64,000 bases of DNA from an uncultured bacterium. Its GTDB lineage: Bacteria; Verrucomicrobiota; Kiritimatiellia; CAIKKV01; CAIJXV01. Below the pieces are notes generated by a model. The model saw nothing but the letters and a program-made list of their open reading frames with translations. It was not told the DNA's origin and did not search any database. Position 1 is the first letter of the stretch; the number at the start of each line of letters is the position of its first letter. The stretch is from NCBI GenBank assembly GCA_903824675.1, contig CAIJXV010000006.1:46695-110694 (forward strand). Reading direction: 5' to 3'. This document shows positions 61,808 to 64,000 of this stretch, piece by piece. The translations under genes were made by a program, and so were the position numbers.

Positions 61808-63440
61808 GCTTCGCGAGGGGCCTAGCGCCCCCCCCGAGCAGCCGTTCGGCGGCGCGCATGCCGTCCAGGGCGGAACTGACGATTCCACCGGCGTAGCCTG
61901 CGCCTTCTCCGACCGGGAAGAGTCCCCGGGTATTGATGGATTCACCCTCGGAATTCCGCGCGATCCAGAGTGGACTGGAACTGCGGGTTTCGGGGGCGTA
62001 AAGCAAGGCTTCTTCAAGTTTGACGCCGTTTAATTCCTTCAACATGGCGGGTAGCGTTTTTTCCAATGTACGAGTGATAAATTCGGGGAGAAGGTCGCGG
62101 AATTCAACCGGGACGGAATTCGGGCAGGACCGTCCGTCAGGCAGTGAGGCCTGAACTTTACGGGCCAGAAAATCAACCAGTCGGATGGCCGGCACATGAT
62201 AGGCGATGCCTGCCGCAGCAAAAGCGTCACGTTCCAATTGGCGTTGGAATTCCATGCCGGCCAGGGCAGGGATTGCCTGTTCCGGATAGTCGGTCGGGCT
62301 CACCGGGACCAGAAAAGCGGCATTGCCGTGGGTTAGGGCCCGCTTCGAGTAGCTCATTCCGTTGGTCGTCAGGAACCCCGGTTCCGAGGCGCAACTGATC
62401 ACCTTGCCGCCAGGACACATGCAAAAACTATAGCAGGCGCGGATTCCATCCTCCTCCCGGCGGGTCAGGCGGAAACTGGCGGCGCCCAGTAGGGGATTTC
62501 CGGCAAAACGGCCATATTGAGCCCGATCGATGGCGGTTTGGGGTATTTCAAGGCGGACACCCACGGCAAAGGGTTTGGGTTGGAGTGCGACGCCCTGGGC
62601 GGCCAGCATGGCATAGACATCCCGGGCGCTATGCCCCACCGCCAGAACACACTGTTGACAGGCGATTTCCTGTCCATTCACCACCACGGCCCGGAGCTGT
62701 CCCGCCTCGATGACCAGTGAATCCAGTCGGGCGTTGAATCGTACCTCCCCGCCGGCTGCGATGATTTGCTCCCGCAGGCGGGGGACGATTTGAAGCAGGA
62801 TATCGCTTCCCACATGGGGTTCGGCGTCGATCAGAACTGTGTCATCCGCGCCGCAGGCATGAAGGAGTTCCATGAACATTCGGACCCGGCCGCGTTCCTT
62901 ACTGCGGGCGGTCAGCTTGCCATCGGAAAAAAGGCCGGCCCCCCCTTCGCCAAACAGGACATTGCTTTCAGGATCGAGTATCCCGCTATTCCAGAATCCA
63001 GCCACCTTCGGGGCACGGGCAGCCGCTTCCTCTCCTCGTTCAATAAGGAGAGGGTTTGCCCCCGCCAAGGCCAGTTGATGGGCGGCGAGCAAGCCGGCCG
63101 GTCCGGCTCCCACAACGATGGGGCGGGGGGCAGGAGATGGCGCATTTCCTTGTGGGTATGTGCTGTCGCGGGATGGGATGGGGGTGGCCGGCAGGGGTTC
63201 CACTGGGGAAATGATGCCCGGGGGGATGGTTTTCGGGAGGGATTTGAGGGCCAGATCAGCCTCGACGGTTAAGGCATAGACGGGTTCTGGATTTCGGGGT
63301 CGTGCATCGAGCGAACGGCGGATCAGTTTGAGGTGAGACAACAGGTTAGGGGCACACCCGAGTTTGCGAGCGGTCTGCTGAAGGATGATATTGTCATTGT
63401 ACTTAAGGGGGACATTAACCTGTTGAACTTGTATTCGCAC
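61794..63440 (-). CDS. FAD-dependent oxidoreductase, COG2509-like (uncharacterized NAD(FAD)-utilizing dehydrogenase)
   Basis: PIVVGAGPAGLLAA dinucleotide-binding motif and a C-terminal GEGAGYAGGIVSSALDG motif. 548 aa with a ~110 aa N-terminal domain. Confidence 0.7.
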   Translation of the reverse strand: MRIQVQQVNVPLKYNDNIILQQTARKLGCAPNLLSHLKLIRRSLDARPRNPEPVYALTVEADLALKSLPKTIPPGIISPVEPLPATPIPSRDSTYPQGNAPSPAPRPIVVGAGPAGLLAAHQLALAGANPLLIERGEEAAARAPKVAGFWNSGILDPESNVLFGEGGAGLFSDGKLTARSKERGRVRMFMELLHACGADDTVLIDAEPHVGSDILLQIVPRLREQIIAAGGEVRFNARLDSLVIEAGQLRAVVVNGQEIACQQCVLAVGHSARDVYAMLAAQGVALQPKPFAVGVRLEIPQTAIDRAQYGRFAGNPLLGAASFRLTRREEDGIRACYSFCMCPGGKVISCASEPGFLTTNGMSYSKRALTHGNAAFLVPVSPTDYPEQAIPALAGMEFQRQLERDAFAAAGIAYHVPAIRLVDFLARKVQASLPDGRSCPNSVPVEFRDLLPEFITRTLEKTLPAMLKELNGVKLEEALLYAPETRSSSPLWIARNSEGESINTRGLFPVGEGAGYAGGIVSSALDGMRAAERLLGGGARPLAKLTET

Positions 63441-63724
63441 GGGAGGCTTTCGTGATTAGCAATTTTGAATACCTGGTTGTGAAATTTACCTAAAAAAGGA
63501 CAACTTGCACGCCAAATCTAGTCTCTTGCACCAAAGACGGCTGTCGATAGCTGAATAAGGTTGCAGCCATTTGCTCTATTTGCATCCTTATTCTTGACTC
63601 TGTTTCTTCCGCACTTCATTATAAAACATTGAGATAACTACTTTATGGGTAAGGTGTTTATAGGGTGCGACTCTCAAAGAGTAGGGGGATGGGGAACCCG
63701 TTCGAAGTAGAAGGGGAATGAACG

Positions 63725-64000
63725 ATGGCTTGGAATGTTAAATATAATAGCGACACCAAAATCATCGAGCTGACCTATTCCGGTTTGGTTTCGCCAATAG
63801 AGTTAAAAGATGCTTTATCGGCCGCGCTATCGCTTTCGAAACAAGAAGGCACCTCGCTATTTTTAGCTGATTGCACCGATATGGTGGGGGGGCATTCAAT
63901 AACCGATCTTTACTTTTTAATTGCGCTTTATGAAGAGAGCGGCTTAAGGGGTATGAAAGAGGCGTTGGTATTGCCCGCCTTGAAATCTTCCGTGGAACAG
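63725..64000 (+). CDS. Hypothetical protein, 3'-truncated by window end
   Basis: ATG at 63725; open to the end of the window (MAWNVKYNSDTKIIELTYSGLV...). No motif recognised. Confidence 0.3.
   Translation, partial: MAWNVKYNSDTKIIELTYSGLVSPIELKDALSAALSLSKQEGTSLFLADCTDMVGGHSITDLYFLIALYEESGLRGMKEALVLPALKSSVEQ

Noticed and set aside
1-64000. CRISPR array or cas genes
   Set aside because: No regularly spaced direct repeats, and no Cas-like proteins, observed on either strand.

Overview
High-GC bacterial chromosomal window with about 55 genes; the pseudopilins, CsgG-like lipoprotein, discoidin domain and many glycan genes suggest a PVC-superphylum-like organism, at low confidence. The first ~15.6 kb holds rubrerythrin, two glycoside-hydrolase-like genes and a plus-strand glycan operon (B12-radical SAM, GT-C-like membrane protein with discoidin domain, rmlD-rmlB-ugd-rmlA, GT9 heptosyltransferase). 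From ~15.6 to ~30.8 kb lies an AT-richer accessory island. It contains a tightly coupled 5-6 gene operon (two or three unknowns, an ATPase-less Lon-like Ser-Lys protease-domain protein, an Abi_2/Swt1-like HEPN protein with an Rx4HH motif, and a large STAND/AAA_16 NTPase). It also contains a convergent DUF3800-TPR gene and a divergent RecD-like helicase paired with a large helical-repeat protein. This island is the best candidate for an undescribed defence system. Downstream are a minus-strand deoxy-sugar catabolic cluster (rhaB-like kinase, class II aldolase, Zn-ADH, SDR, PHP protein), CE4 and LmbE deacetylases, a ROK-like kinase, a CsgG-like lipoprotein, a pseudopilin cluster, tRNA-Glu, and housekeeping genes (dksA-like, lspA, miaA, radC, lpxA, xerD, rnc). 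A second B12-radical-SAM cluster follows, with an unusual DUF4910 + AAC(3)-fold fusion protein. No CRISPR array, integrase-bounded element or rRNA was seen.
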